A DNA stretch of 64,000 nt from Candidatus Bathyarchaeia archaeon. Its GTDB lineage: Archaea; Thermoproteota; Bathyarchaeia; Bathyarchaeales; Bathycorpusculaceae. Made by a program: the position numbers and the translations under genes. The notes beneath the pieces are model-generated. The model made no database searches and was not told where the DNA came from. It saw nothing but the letters and a program-made list of their open reading frames with translations. Within the stretch, counting starts at the first letter, position 1. Each line of letters opens with the position of its first letter. Positions 18,842 to 28,303 of the stretch are shown piece after piece. Location of the stretch: positions 32,001 through 96,000 of the forward strand of contig JAVZNE010000003.1 of the NCBI GenBank assembly GCA_038882975.1, read 5' to 3'.

Positions 18842-19247
18842 GTGAAAGAAAAGCGTTAAAAGGCAGCTCTGCTTTCTATGCTTATCCTTGGAGGTTTACT
18901 TTTCCGCGTTGGAATCCAGCTGACGTCCACAAGCCCCACAAATTCGTCTGGAAGCTTACCTCACAATGCTATAATAGCCATAATAACCGCCATCATATTC
19001 ATAAAGGCCGTTCCAAAACAAGCCACACCGCCAACCCAACAGAAGGGAGAAATCAATAGCCATCATAAGCGCGTTAACAGTAGGCATCTTCGCTTTCTAT
19101 GCACTCTTTATTACACGAAACCCCACACAAATAAATTTCCACAGCATGAACGCAACCGCTATCCAAGTGATAACAACGTGGACCATAATATGTACATTAA
19201 TCATGATTGACTATAGAGCCTTAAAACGGCGCCCAATACCAGTCTAA
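18842..19247 (+). pseudogene. Disrupted small membrane-protein gene
   Basis: In-frame TAA at 18857-18859; hydrophobic reading continues in another frame after about 19045 (KSIAIISALTVGIFAFYALF...RPIPV*). Confidence 0.4.
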
Positions 19248-19259
19248 ACCAAAAAGTTT

Positions 19260-19335
19260 TGGTAGCCCGGGGGAGATTCGAACTCCCGTCAGGGGCTCCA
19301 GAGGCCCCCATGCTTGACCGCTACACCACCGGGCT
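19260..19335 (-). tRNA. tRNA-Gln(CTG), CCA encoded
   Basis: AGCCCGG/CCGGGCT acceptor stem, GGGGC-CTCTGGA-GCCCC anticodon arm, GGGAG-TTCGAAT-CTCCC T arm, ACCA end. Confidence 0.97.
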
Positions 19336-19377
19336 ATACTATGCTATTCAGCATTAAGCCCACACAAAATAATAACT

Positions 19378-19935
19378 TTAACGTTTGTATTTTAGGATGA
19401 AGATGCCTGTTGTGGCTTGGCATCCTGAACAGATGTAGAAAAGTGTTTCAAAGCCTATTTTTGTTGCGATGACTGTGGCTAGTAGGGCTGCAGCCGCCTC
19501 CGTAATGTCGTATATGGATTCGAAGATTCCCAGCACTGTTCCACTTTTCTTCTTTTCGCCCAAGTCCACTATTAGGGCTAGTAGGGATGGCCGCTGCAAT
19601 GCGTAGGAAATGCCGAACAAGAACTCTATTATGTATAGGCCTGTTATGTTTGGCACATAAATGTAGCTTAATGAGCATATGGCGCCCATTAAAACTCCAA
19701 TTGAGAATACGCGTTCCTTTCCATAGACGTCTGCCAGCCTTCCAGCCGCCACCTTGAATAGGGCGGCAACCCCGCAGAAAAGTGCGTATAAGAGGCCTAC
19801 ATCCATTATTGTGGCTGAGAAGCGGTTAACAACGAATATTGGGTATATGGGGCCCAGTAAGCCGACTCCTAGAGAGTATAGAGTACTTAAAGCTAATGCA
19901 AGCATCAGCGAACGTGACGACTTCAGCTTCAGCAT
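19378..19935 (-). CDS. Half-size (about 6 TM) MFS transporter
   Basis: MFS motif A GRLADVYGKE; 185 aa; SD AGGAGG upstream. Confidence 0.75.
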   Translation of the reverse strand: MLKLKSSRSLMLALALSTLYSLGVGLLGPIYPIFVVNRFSATIMDVGLLYALFCGVAALFKVAAGRLADVYGKERVFSIGVLMGAICSLSYIYVPNITGLYIIEFLFGISYALQRPSLLALIVDLGEKKKSGTVLGIFESIYDITEAAAALLATVIATKIGFETLFYICSGCQATTGIFILKYKR

Positions 19936-20133
19936 TCATGATTCCTCCTGCTGAAGCTACCACGTCCACTCCGATCATTTTGGACATGAACAAGGACATT
20001 TTTGGGTCGGCTTGCCCTCCCAAACCCGGAAAGGTGAGAGAATCCGATTAGAGGGGAAAAATAAACTTTTTGGCAGAGGCCCTGAAACCGGCATGTTCAG
20101 AGGCTTATACAAAATAGCAATACGGGTCGAAAG

Positions 20134-20598
20134 CTATTTTGTGACTAGGACGGGGCAAGGGGAGTGTCTTATAACTCCGTCGCTTACGCTTCCAAGAATG
20201 AGTTCCTTAATCTTGCTTATTCCCCGGGCGCCCATGACAATTAGGTCAAACTTGCCTTCTTCGGCTGTTTTAACGATTTCGTGGACAATGTGTCCTTCCC
20301 TAAGCATGGTTTCAGCCTCAACGCCCTCAGCTTGGACTTTCTCCTTGCCTTGGGCTAGTATTCTGGCTCCAGCCTCCCTAACGGCTTCAGCTAGCCTCGA
20401 ATATTCTGTAGGAGCCATTATGGGTATCCCAGGCGTCAATGTTGATGGTTCTGGAACAATTACTGGTCTAACGCTTACGGAATAAACATGGATTAGGGTG
20501 ATTTTTCCATCAAACTTTTTAGCTATTTTTATGGCGGTGTCCAGCGCCCTTAAAGAGTGTTCAGATCCGTCAAGAGGAACAAGAATTTTACTAAACAA
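20134..20598 (-). CDS. Universal stress protein A family
   Basis: KILVPLDGSEHS, DLIVMGARG, LGSVS and PCPVLV motifs. Confidence 0.95.
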   Translation of the reverse strand: MFSKILVPLDGSEHSLRALDTAIKIAKKFDGKITLIHVYSVSVRPVIVPEPSTLTPGIPIMAPTEYSRLAEAVREAGARILAQGKEKVQAEGVEAETMLREGHIVHEIVKTAEEGKFDLIVMGARGISKIKELILGSVSDGVIRHSPCPVLVTK

Positions 20599-20675
20599 GG
20601 ATTATCTCCAATTTTCTTAGCGGCTTTTTTCTTAAATATGCTTTTTGATTATAAAAACGGTTAGTGGTTGCGCGT

Positions 20676-20918
20676 TTAAAGAAGTGAAAAGTCTGTGGAT
20701 TTTATCTTTCCCTTCGCGTCGATAACTACTTCGAATTTTTCAGCCCATGGGTGTCCTTCCAAGTCTATGGGGCATGTTCCCTTAATAACCCAGCACCCGT
20801 TTCGCTGTTCGATTGAGGATATGTCTATCCTTTCAGTGTTCTTCCTCTTTTTCAGGTATTCTATGGCGATTTGTTGGGCATCCTTTTCCATAAGCACCTT
20901 CAACGTGGGCATCCTCAT
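20676..20918 (-). CDS. Small hypothetical protein (PepSY-like alpha/beta pattern)
   Basis: EKDAQQIAIEYL...WVIKG...FEVVIDAKGKI pattern. Confidence 0.6.
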   Translation of the reverse strand: MRMPTLKVLMEKDAQQIAIEYLKKRKNTERIDISSIEQRNGCWVIKGTCPIDLEGHPWAEKFEVVIDAKGKIKSTDFSLL

Positions 20919-21065
20919 CCAGCTCTTTCATAGTCGGAATCCGAAGCATTAAAAGTTATGAAGCCGTAATCATTAGCAAAACTAAACACAAACGAAACGG
21001 CGATAGGTTCAAATTTTATGAAAACCGTTTAACACTTGAAAAGAGGCTTTGGAAAAGTCGGGTTT

Positions 21066-22148
21066 ATGGCTGAGAAAAGGCGCATAATCCTTCATGTTGA
21101 CATGGACCACTTCTTCACAGCTATAGAGGAGCGGGAGCACCCAGAATACCGTAGAAAGCCAGTTATTGTGGGTGCAGACCCAAAGGAGGGGAAAGGGCGA
21201 GGCGTTGTTAGCACATGCAACTATGAAGCCCGCAAGTACGGCGTAAGATCCGGCATGCCCATCTCAAGGGCTTGGAAACTCTGTCCAAACGCCGTCTACC
21301 TACCAGTAAACTATGAGCTTTACACAAAAGTTTCAGAGAGGATTATGGCTATTCTGCGGAAATACGCTGACAAGTTTGAAAGCTGGGGAATAGACGAAGC
21401 CTTTTTGGATGTAACTTCAAGGGTTAAGGATTACGCTGAAGCAGAAGCCCTAGCCCGCCAAATAAAAAGGGAAATCCTAGAAAAGGAGGGGCTCACATGC
21501 TCGATTGGAATTGGACCCAACAAACTTGTAGCTAAAATAGCCAGCGACTACCAGAAACCAGACGGCTTAACAGTCGTCAAAGAGGAGGAAGCCGAAAAGT
21601 TTCTCGCTCCGCTGCCGGTTCGCAAGCTCTTGTGGGTTGGACGTAAAACAGAGCAGAAGCTCCGAGCCATGGGAATAAAAACTATTGGGGATTTAGCCCG
21701 CTATGACCCAACAGTGCTGACAGAACACTTCGGAGTGGTGGGAACCCAGCTTTATTTGATGGCGCACGGCATAGACAAAAGCGAGGTTGAAGAGCAGCGC
21801 CAAATAAAGTCCATAAGCCGGGACATAACCTTCGAGGAGGACACATCGGACTTCAACCTCGTGCTCAACACTTTGGAAAGGCTTGCGGAAGAAGTCCACA
21901 ACGACCTCATGAGGCAGCAGTTGTATTTTAAGACAGTGACGGTGCGGGTTCGCTACGAAAACTTCGAAACCCACACCCACAGCAAAACACTACCCTTCAT
22001 AACAAACCGCCTACAAGACATAAAGAAAACAGCCAAAGAACTCATACAAGACTACCTAAAACCGGAACGGAAAATACGACTAATAGGCGTAAGGATCTCA
22101 AACTTCACGTCAGCGGAAAAACAAAAAACCCTTGACACCGCCAGTTAA
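21066..22148 (+). CDS. dinB: Y-family DNA polymerase IV (DinB/Dbh)
   Basis: HVDMDHFF, STCNYEARKYGVRSGM, GIDEAFLD, KIASDYQKPDG and RLIGV motifs. Confidence 0.95.
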   Translation: MAEKRRIILHVDMDHFFTAIEEREHPEYRRKPVIVGADPKEGKGRGVVSTCNYEARKYGVRSGMPISRAWKLCPNAVYLPVNYELYTKVSERIMAILRKYADKFESWGIDEAFLDVTSRVKDYAEAEALARQIKREILEKEGLTCSIGIGPNKLVAKIASDYQKPDGLTVVKEEEAEKFLAPLPVRKLLWVGRKTEQKLRAMGIKTIGDLARYDPTVLTEHFGVVGTQLYLMAHGIDKSEVEEQRQIKSISRDITFEEDTSDFNLVLNTLERLAEEVHNDLMRQQLYFKTVTVRVRYENFETHTHSKTLPFITNRLQDIKKTAKELIQDYLKPERKIRLIGVRISNFTSAEKQKTLDTAS

Positions 22149-22227
22149 GTTTTGCGGCTTTTCTCGTGTGCCTTCATGGTTTTCTTTGGCAAACTCTTAT
22201 ATGGGAATGGGTAGCCTATACTGTGGC

Positions 22228-22262
22228 GTGCAAAACTGCTTTTCAAAGGGCGGCTTTTGCAC
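22228..22262 (+). promoter_or_regulatory. Predicted 5'-UTR hairpin upstream of the CxxC-x17-CxxC gene
   Basis: GTGCAAAA/TTTTGCAC outer stem, CTGCTTT/AGGGCGG inner stem with G-U pairs; between TATA-like CTTATAT (about 22196) and SD AAGGAG. Confidence 0.45.
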
Positions 22263-22293
22263 AAAATAAATTAGAAGGAGTTGAATAGGCGAA

Positions 22294-22434
22294 ATGTCTG
22301 GTAAAGAGATGCACAAGGCAGTCTGTTCTGATTGCGGTCAAGAGTGCGAAGTTCCTTTCGTTCCAGACCCAAGCAGACCAGTTTACTGTCGAGAGTGCTG
22401 GATGAAGAGAAGAAATCAAAGGCGAAGGTATTAG
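22294..22434 (+). CDS. CxxC-x17-CxxC zinc-ribbon microprotein (absent from ORF track)
   Basis: Hand translation: MSGKEMHKAVCSDCGQECEVPFVPDPSRPVYCRECWMKRRNQRRRY*, 46 aa. Confidence 0.9.
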   Translation: MSGKEMHKAVCSDCGQECEVPFVPDPSRPVYCRECWMKRRNQRRRY

Positions 22435-22486
22435 CAAGCAGACTTACAATTTTAAATGTTTTCTAGTTTCCAGTTTTTTATTTTCG

Positions 22487-23035
22487 CTATTTTTGTGGCA
22501 TTTTGAACTCCCAACTGCACCAGAGATTTTGCGGGTGCTTGTCAGGTGGGCAGACGAGGCAGTTAACCTCAACTTTTGGGTTCAAGGTTTTTGCAAAATT
22601 CTTTAAGTAGCCAAACCGGACACGTTTGCATGGAAATTCGCCCAAACCCTTATTTAGTCTAGCCTCCTGTGTTCTGCAACGGTTTACACTTAAAACGGCT
22701 TTTTCGGCGGAAACCTCCACAGTTTTGAAGGGCTGATCTAAAGCCCAACTTGTCAAACGCAAAAGCCTCATAATCGTTGGAATGTCCGGGTTTTCGCCCA
22801 CACCAAACATTCTTTGAAGGCTTTTGGCTTCGATGGCAGCCATAGCCTCCCAAACACCAGCATCAATTTCAGTCGCCGCTTCAGTTCCAAACTTCCTCTC
22901 TATTCCAAGGAAGTATAAGCCGTCAACCCGCCACAAATTCCTAATCTGCAAGAAGAAATAGTCCATGAGTTTTTCCATGGGGATTTTAGCCAGCATTTCA
23001 CGGTCTTCGCGGCTTCCGGGTGGATACTCAGCCAT
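22487..23035 (-). CDS. DUF6125-like protein (V4R/ATC-hydrolase-related fold)
   Basis: NLWRVDGLYFLGIE, CRTQEAR, FPCK and CLVCPPD...CSWEF motifs. Confidence 0.7.
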   Translation of the reverse strand: MAEYPPGSREDREMLAKIPMEKLMDYFFLQIRNLWRVDGLYFLGIERKFGTEAATEIDAGVWEAMAAIEAKSLQRMFGVGENPDIPTIMRLLRLTSWALDQPFKTVEVSAEKAVLSVNRCRTQEARLNKGLGEFPCKRVRFGYLKNFAKTLNPKVEVNCLVCPPDKHPQNLWCSWEFKMPQK

Positions 23036-23273
23036 AACATTTTCACCTTTTGAGGAGATAATAAACGTCTTGATGGTCTTTAAGCTTAATCATAGGCTGA
23101 AGTTCAAATGGGGGAATTATGGGTGACTATCGGAATTTCCGTGCGTTGGGAAGCCTACCTAACCTATTACATTGATGATGTTTAAATAGAGGTTTCCTAA
23201 GAACGCCACAAGTTTTAATATTAAAAATTGCAAAGTCACTCTTCACCTTTAATTAGTTAATAAGGGAACTGAC

Positions 23274-24077
23274 ATGAGCCTTGACCAGTTGATAAGAGCC
23301 TTGATTTTAGGTGTTATTCAGGGTTTGACGGAGTGGTTTCCTATATCCAGCACTGGACACTTGAAGCTTGCTGAAAGGGCTTTAAACCTAACGCTTCCAG
23401 TGCTTTTTGACGTTGTTCTCCATATTGGAACATTAGCCGTCGTTGTAGCCTTTTTCAGAGGGGACGCCCAAAAAATCTTGTCAGCCTTTAAACGCCTAGA
23501 TTTCAAGTCTGATTATGGAAAATTTATTCCGCTTATAATTGTTGGGACGATACCGACCATTATTATTGGATTGGTTTTTCACGTGTTTTTGGAGGATGTT
23601 TTCGGCGAAATTTTGGTTATAGCGTTGGCTTTTATTGTGTGCGGTGTGGTGCTGTGCCTCGCGGGAGTTGGAAGGGAGAGGGCGGATGAAATTGGTTTTT
23701 GGCAAGCCTTTTTGATTGGTGTTGCCCAAGGCATAGCGGTTGTTCCAGGGCTTTCTAGAAGCGGCTTAACGATTACTGCGGCTCTTCTGCTTGGAATAAA
23801 GCGTGAAAAAGCCTTCAAATTCTCCTTTCTACTGTCGATTCCAGCCGTAATAGGCGCCTTGGCACTAACCCTTTCCGAGCAATTTAATGTGTTAGCGGCT
23901 TCAAGTTTTGGTTTCGCCGAAGTTGCCTTTGGCACGGTTGTAGCTATGGTTGTTGGCTACCTTGCCCTGAAACTTCTTTGGAAAACAATTGCAGGTGGGA
24001 AGTTTCACCTTTTCGCGTTTTACTGCTGGGCTCTAGGCGTATCCCTAATAGCCGCCTCATGCCTGCGCGTCATCTAG
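23274..24077 (+). CDS. uppP: Undecaprenyl-diphosphate phosphatase (BacA family)
   Basis: GVIQGLTEWFPISSTGH, PGLSRSG and FSFLLSIP motifs. Confidence 0.93.
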   Translation: MSLDQLIRALILGVIQGLTEWFPISSTGHLKLAERALNLTLPVLFDVVLHIGTLAVVVAFFRGDAQKILSAFKRLDFKSDYGKFIPLIIVGTIPTIIIGLVFHVFLEDVFGEILVIALAFIVCGVVLCLAGVGRERADEIGFWQAFLIGVAQGIAVVPGLSRSGLTITAALLLGIKREKAFKFSFLLSIPAVIGALALTLSEQFNVLAASSFGFAEVAFGTVVAMVVGYLALKLLWKTIAGGKFHLFAFYCWALGVSLIAASCLRVI

Positions 24078-25487
24078 CCACTTCGGCTTGCCAGACAGAA
24101 ACTCTGTGAGGAACCTTGCAAACTCGCTGTCTTTTTCGTAGATTTCCGCTATTTCCTCGTTGACCAAAATTTTGAATCCATGCTGGAGCACTCGCGCTAT
24201 TTCTCTGGCTACCCCAGCGTTTCTCCCGCCATCTCTAAGCCTTTCGTACAGGATGGCGGCTGCGTCCGTGTGTTTCCTCCTAATTTGGATGATCCATCTT
24301 CCGTCTTCGATGTATGGGCCAGCAACTGTTCCATTGTTGGCAGCATATTTGGCCAGAAAGTTTTTGCATTCCCTCTCCTTCTCCATTGGTGGTCCCAGAT
24401 GCTTCTTTACTGGTGGTAGGTAGCGGCTTTCAATTTCGAATATGAAGACGTTTAGGTCTTTCTCGTTGCTCCATGATGTGCACCGCAATAAGCCAAAATC
24501 ATTAAGCTCAAGAAGCTTTGTCAGTGAACGTTGAGACTTGTAAAGCTGACCCCACAAGACGTCTGGAACCGCTTCAACTTTTCCAAAAACCACAAAAATT
24601 GTTGTGGAGCCGCGGGTGCTTATTTTTGCTTTAAGCTCCTTTGTTGCAAGTGGCTTTGTTTCTGGCGGATAGAAGAATTTTAGGCTTGGCTTCTCTAGGA
24701 AGGCTCTGGCTGCCGCCACAAAGGTGTAAAGTTTTTGGGACTGCACGGCTGAAGCCACGTTTCTCCCCTTGTCAACGGGGTCAACTATCACTAGAGGTTC
24801 ACCAAACAACAGTGGCAGCTCGTCCTCCCTTCCCCTATAATGGTTTTCTATGTCAACGATTATGCGCCTTTTATGCTGTGCGAAAGCCCTCAATGTGTTG
24901 GCGAAACTTCCATAATTTATGATTAGGAGTTCGCATAGGTACCCGCTGAAGCCTCCAACCTTTATTTCGGCACCGTAAACGCCCACACCTTTCATAAACT
25001 TTTTGAGGAGGCGAACCTCGCCCCGCATTTGGCTTGTTAAACGCTTCTTCACGTAGTCCGTGTGGTATGGCGTTCGGTCTGTGGCGCTCAACCACTCGCC
25101 AGGCTTGGTGTCATAGCATGGCACTATGTTAACTCGAACGTTATCAATGAAAGCCTCCAAGTAGGGGTGTTCAGCGAAGCGCTCCACTTGCCGTGTGCCT
25201 TCAGTTGCCCGCTTAGCTATTTTTAGGGCTATATCGCCCAAAGATTTGCGGGGTATGCTTGTTGGCAAACGCATGAAAACGTCTATTTCGGGCTCTTCGC
25301 TCAGCCAAGTGTCTTTAGCAACAGAGCCTTCCAAACGAACGACCGCCTTAACACCGAAGTCCGCCGCGGCGGAAGCCACCTTCGCTTCCAACTCCTTCGC
25401 CAAAGCCTCTATTTTCTCACGTTCCTCTTTTCTGGGCGTAACCCTCTCCAAAACCGTTTTGCAGACTTTTTCCAGTTCAGCAGACAT
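24057..25487 (-). CDS. cca: Archaeal class I CCA-adding tRNA nucleotidyltransferase
   Basis: GSVAKDTWL...IDVF, AEHPY, IVPCY, DRTPYHT, GVYGAE, GFSGYLCELL and DPVD..RNVA motifs. Confidence 0.95.
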   Translation of the reverse strand: MSAELEKVCKTVLERVTPRKEEREKIEALAKELEAKVASAAADFGVKAVVRLEGSVAKDTWLSEEPEIDVFMRLPTSIPRKSLGDIALKIAKRATEGTRQVERFAEHPYLEAFIDNVRVNIVPCYDTKPGEWLSATDRTPYHTDYVKKRLTSQMRGEVRLLKKFMKGVGVYGAEIKVGGFSGYLCELLIINYGSFANTLRAFAQHKRRIIVDIENHYRGREDELPLLFGEPLVIVDPVDKGRNVASAVQSQKLYTFVAAARAFLEKPSLKFFYPPETKPLATKELKAKISTRGSTTIFVVFGKVEAVPDVLWGQLYKSQRSLTKLLELNDFGLLRCTSWSNEKDLNVFIFEIESRYLPPVKKHLGPPMEKERECKNFLAKYAANNGTVAGPYIEDGRWIIQIRRKHTDAAAILYERLRDGGRNAGVAREIARVLQHGFKILVNEEIAEIYEKDSEFARFLTEFLSGKPKWLDDAQA

Positions 25488-25508
25488 AAACAGCCACTTA
25501 TCCAGCCA

Positions 25509-26078
25509 CTATTTTTGTGGACAATATTCTCTAAGCGTTGAATATATGGGACCTTTAGGTGTTAAGTCGCTCCTCTTAAGCCTTAAGCATTCTGCCCGTA
25601 CAACACCAAACTCGTAGTCTGCATTTTCCATCAAAAATTTCACAAGGGCAGCCTTATTCCGCCCACTCTTAACACGGGCAATGGTTAGGTGGGGGCTAAA
25701 ACCTTTAGGATCTGGAGCAAAACCTAAACTGCGCAAGTAAGGCTCAAGCTGGCTGAAGATGCCCCGTAACTCGTTGGCACCATTCCTAATACCAGCCCAA
25801 ACAACCCTAGGATAACGCATGTCTGGAAAGGCGCCAACCCCTTGAATCTTAACGTCAAAGGGCACAAATTGAACCTTCTGCATTCCTTCAAAAATGCGGT
25901 CAATCATGTTTGGGGTTATGTTCCCCAGAAAACGCACTGTTATGTGAATGTTTTTAGGCTCAACAAACTTCAAATCTGCACCAGTCCCAGCCAGCCGCTT
26001 CTGCATATCCGTTATCCTTTCCAGAACACTGACGCTTTCAATGTCAAAGGCTATAAAACTCCTTATGGCCTCTGTCAT
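25509..26078 (-). CDS. thpR: RNA 2',3'-cyclic phosphodiesterase (2H family)
   Basis: Two HxT motifs (HITVRFLG, HLTIAR); GAFP; GPIY. Confidence 0.92.
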   Translation of the reverse strand: MTEAIRSFIAFDIESVSVLERITDMQKRLAGTGADLKFVEPKNIHITVRFLGNITPNMIDRIFEGMQKVQFVPFDVKIQGVGAFPDMRYPRVVWAGIRNGANELRGIFSQLEPYLRSLGFAPDPKGFSPHLTIARVKSGRNKAALVKFLMENADYEFGVVRAECLRLKRSDLTPKGPIYSTLREYCPQK

Positions 26079-26182
26079 GGTGTTCCATTCCTTTTGCATA
26101 TTTCTGATATAGCATCTTTCATAAATGCTTTTAACGCTTAAGATGGCACTGCTATAAGAATAGGAAAAGAAGGAGCCCCAAA

Positions 26183-26758
26183 ATGACTGCTGTAGCGACT
26201 CAAAAACTGGTTGTCGGTTTAGCTGGGATGCCTGGTGCTGGGAAATCTGTTGTTGTTAATGTTGCGAGGGCTAATGGCTACGGCGTTGTTGTTATGGGTG
26301 ATGAGGTTCGTGAAGAAGCAAGGCGAAGAGGTTTAGAGCCGACCCCGGAAAACCTTGGACGGATTATGTTGGAGCTGAGGCGTTTAGAGGGAGAAGCCAT
26401 AATTGCGAAGCGGTGCATCTCAAAAATATTGAGAAAAGCCGAGAGCAAAGTCGTTGTGGATGGCATAAGAAGCCTAGCTGAGGTTGAAGAGTTTAAGCGG
26501 CATTTTCCAAAGTTCACGTTAATCGCTGTGCACGCCTCACCTGAAACAAGGTTTAAGCGGCTTTTTCATAGGCAGAGGAGCGACGACCCCAAAAACTGGG
26601 AAATCTTCCATGAGCGGGACATGAGGGAACTAAGCGTTGGATTGGGAAACGCTATAGCCATGGCTGAGTATATGATAGTTAACGAGGAAAGCCTAGAAAC
26701 AGCCAAAAAGCGGGCTGCAACCGTCTTGAAAAGAGTTGAGGAGAAATGGATGAAGTAG
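26183..26758 (+). CDS. UPF0200 P-loop kinase (archaeal dephospho-CoA kinase-like)
   Basis: GMPGAGKS, MGDEVR, VDGIRS and RDMREL motifs. Confidence 0.85.
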   Translation: MTAVATQKLVVGLAGMPGAGKSVVVNVARANGYGVVVMGDEVREEARRRGLEPTPENLGRIMLELRRLEGEAIIAKRCISKILRKAESKVVVDGIRSLAEVEEFKRHFPKFTLIAVHASPETRFKRLFHRQRSDDPKNWEIFHERDMRELSVGLGNAIAMAEYMIVNEESLETAKKRAATVLKRVEEKWMK

Positions 26759-27147
26759 AAGTTCACGTGGAGGCGGAGATAAACCCAACAGAATCCGAAG
26801 AAAAAGTGAGAAGAGCCGTGGAAAACATTTTCGGCGGCATACCAGTCCAAGTAAAGCCCCAACAGAAGGGAAGCTTGCTAACGGCAGATGCAAAGGGGCT
26901 AGAATCCCTAACAAAGCTTTACAATTTACTGCGGAGGGAGCGCATCCGCGATGCTGCGCGGGGAGCCCTGTTTGAAGGCTTGAGCGAAAAAACTATAACC
27001 TTCTATCTGAACAAGCAGGTGGCTTTTGCCGGGCATGTCTCCTTTTCAAAGGCTGTTGCAGAATCCCCCCTCGGACCGATAAAGGTTCAGATTAAATGCG
27101 ATGATCCGAGGCAACTGATTGATTGGCTTGCTCCAAAAACAGCTTGA
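26746..27147 (+). CDS. UPF0201/DUF54 RNA-binding family protein
   Basis: PTESEEKV, RIRDAAR, LNKQVAFAG and SPLGPI motifs. Confidence 0.85.
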   Translation: MDEVEVHVEAEINPTESEEKVRRAVENIFGGIPVQVKPQQKGSLLTADAKGLESLTKLYNLLRRERIRDAARGALFEGLSEKTITFYLNKQVAFAGHVSFSKAVAESPLGPIKVQIKCDDPRQLIDWLAPKTA

Positions 27148-27159
27148 AGAGGCGAAATC

Positions 27160-28161
27160 TTGTCGGGAAAAGCTAGCATAACTGAGCGTGGCGCCGTCTT
27201 ACTAGGCAAGAGTGTTGCATGCGACGCCTTCGATGATTCTAAACCTTTGAGGATCGTTACTCATGCACATGCGGATCACATGATTGGTTTGCAGCAGAGC
27301 CTAAGAACATGCGAGAAAGTGCTCATGACGAAAGCTACAAAAGACCTGATTGACGTTATGAAAAGCCCCCTATTTCTCATGGGCGGGTACGTGGAAACCC
27401 TCGATTATGGAAAAACCATGCATTATGGCGAGGAAAGCATAACACTTTTCCCGGCAGACCACATTTTAGGCGCCTGCCAAGTTCTTGTTGAGGACGCTGA
27501 AGGCGCAAGGATTGTTTACACCGGAGATTTTAGGATTGAGGGCACTCCTGTGTTGGAGGCTGATGTGCTTGTTATGGAAGCCACCTATGGAAACCCATCT
27601 TGCAGGCGCCCCTTCAACAGCGAAGTCAAAGAACTGCTGATATCCATTGTGAAGGAGGGGATCAAACGCGGTGTTGTTTATGTTTTCGGTTATCATGGCA
27701 AGCTCCAAGAGGTTATGCAGATTCTCCACGACGCTGACATAAAGGCGCCATTCATCGTGCCTCAAAGGGTTTTTCAAATCTCTAAAATTTGTGAGAGGCA
27801 TGGAATGCGTATAGGCCGCCTATTACAGCTTGAGGAGAAAGACGCCAAAGAAATGCTTGAGAGGAACCAGCCTTGCTTGGCTTTTTACCATATGGGTTCT
27901 AGGGCTCGTGTTGGGCGTGGCTGCTTCCGCGTCTATGTTAGCGGCTGGGAGTTTGATGTTCCATGCCGTGAAATAGGCGACAAAGAGTATGTTGTAGCCT
28001 TAAGCGACCATTCCGATTTTGATGGTTTGATGGAGTATGTGAGGCGTTCAAGGCCGAAGTTTGTTGTTACGGACAACTTCCGTATTGGTTATGCTGAAAC
28101 TTTGGCTAGGCATATTCAAAAACAGTTTAATATTCGAGCTTTGGCTTTGCCTAGGCGTTAG
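27160..28161 (+). CDS. MBL-fold metallo-hydrolase/exonuclease
   Basis: THAHADH, DHILGA, YTGDFR, MEATYG and SDHSDF motifs. Confidence 0.85.
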   Translation: MSGKASITERGAVLLGKSVACDAFDDSKPLRIVTHAHADHMIGLQQSLRTCEKVLMTKATKDLIDVMKSPLFLMGGYVETLDYGKTMHYGEESITLFPADHILGACQVLVEDAEGARIVYTGDFRIEGTPVLEADVLVMEATYGNPSCRRPFNSEVKELLISIVKEGIKRGVVYVFGYHGKLQEVMQILHDADIKAPFIVPQRVFQISKICERHGMRIGRLLQLEEKDAKEMLERNQPCLAFYHMGSRARVGRGCFRVYVSGWEFDVPCREIGDKEYVVALSDHSDFDGLMEYVRRSRPKFVVTDNFRIGYAETLARHIQKQFNIRALALPRR

Positions 28162-28174
28162 TTTGCCCTTTATG

Positions 28175-28197
28175 TGTGTAGTGAGTATTACTACACA
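28175..28197. repeat. 8-bp inverted repeat
   Basis: TGTGTAGT (28175-28182) / ACTACACA (28190-28197). Confidence 0.6.
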
Positions 28198-28230
28198 AGA
28201 TTTATCTTTCCCGCCACAGAATTATACTCT

Positions 28231-28257
28231 TGAATTCGGAATTCGAATCCGAATTCA
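28231..28257. promoter_or_regulatory. Perfect 10-bp inverted repeat, candidate operator
   Basis: TGAATTCGGA-attcgaa-TCCGAATTCA just upstream of TATA-like CTTAAATA (28263-28270). Confidence 0.55.
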
Positions 28258-28303
28258 CATGTCTTAAATAAGAAGAAACAAAGACCTTCGGGCGGAAAAA
28301 GGC

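Noticed and set aside
16011-19335. Filament locus 1 as an island integrated at tRNA-Gln
   Set aside because: No duplicated tRNA-Gln 3' end and no integrase found nearby
23040-23270. Possible C/D box sRNA (TGATGA near 23173)
   Set aside because: No suitably placed downstream CTGA box D
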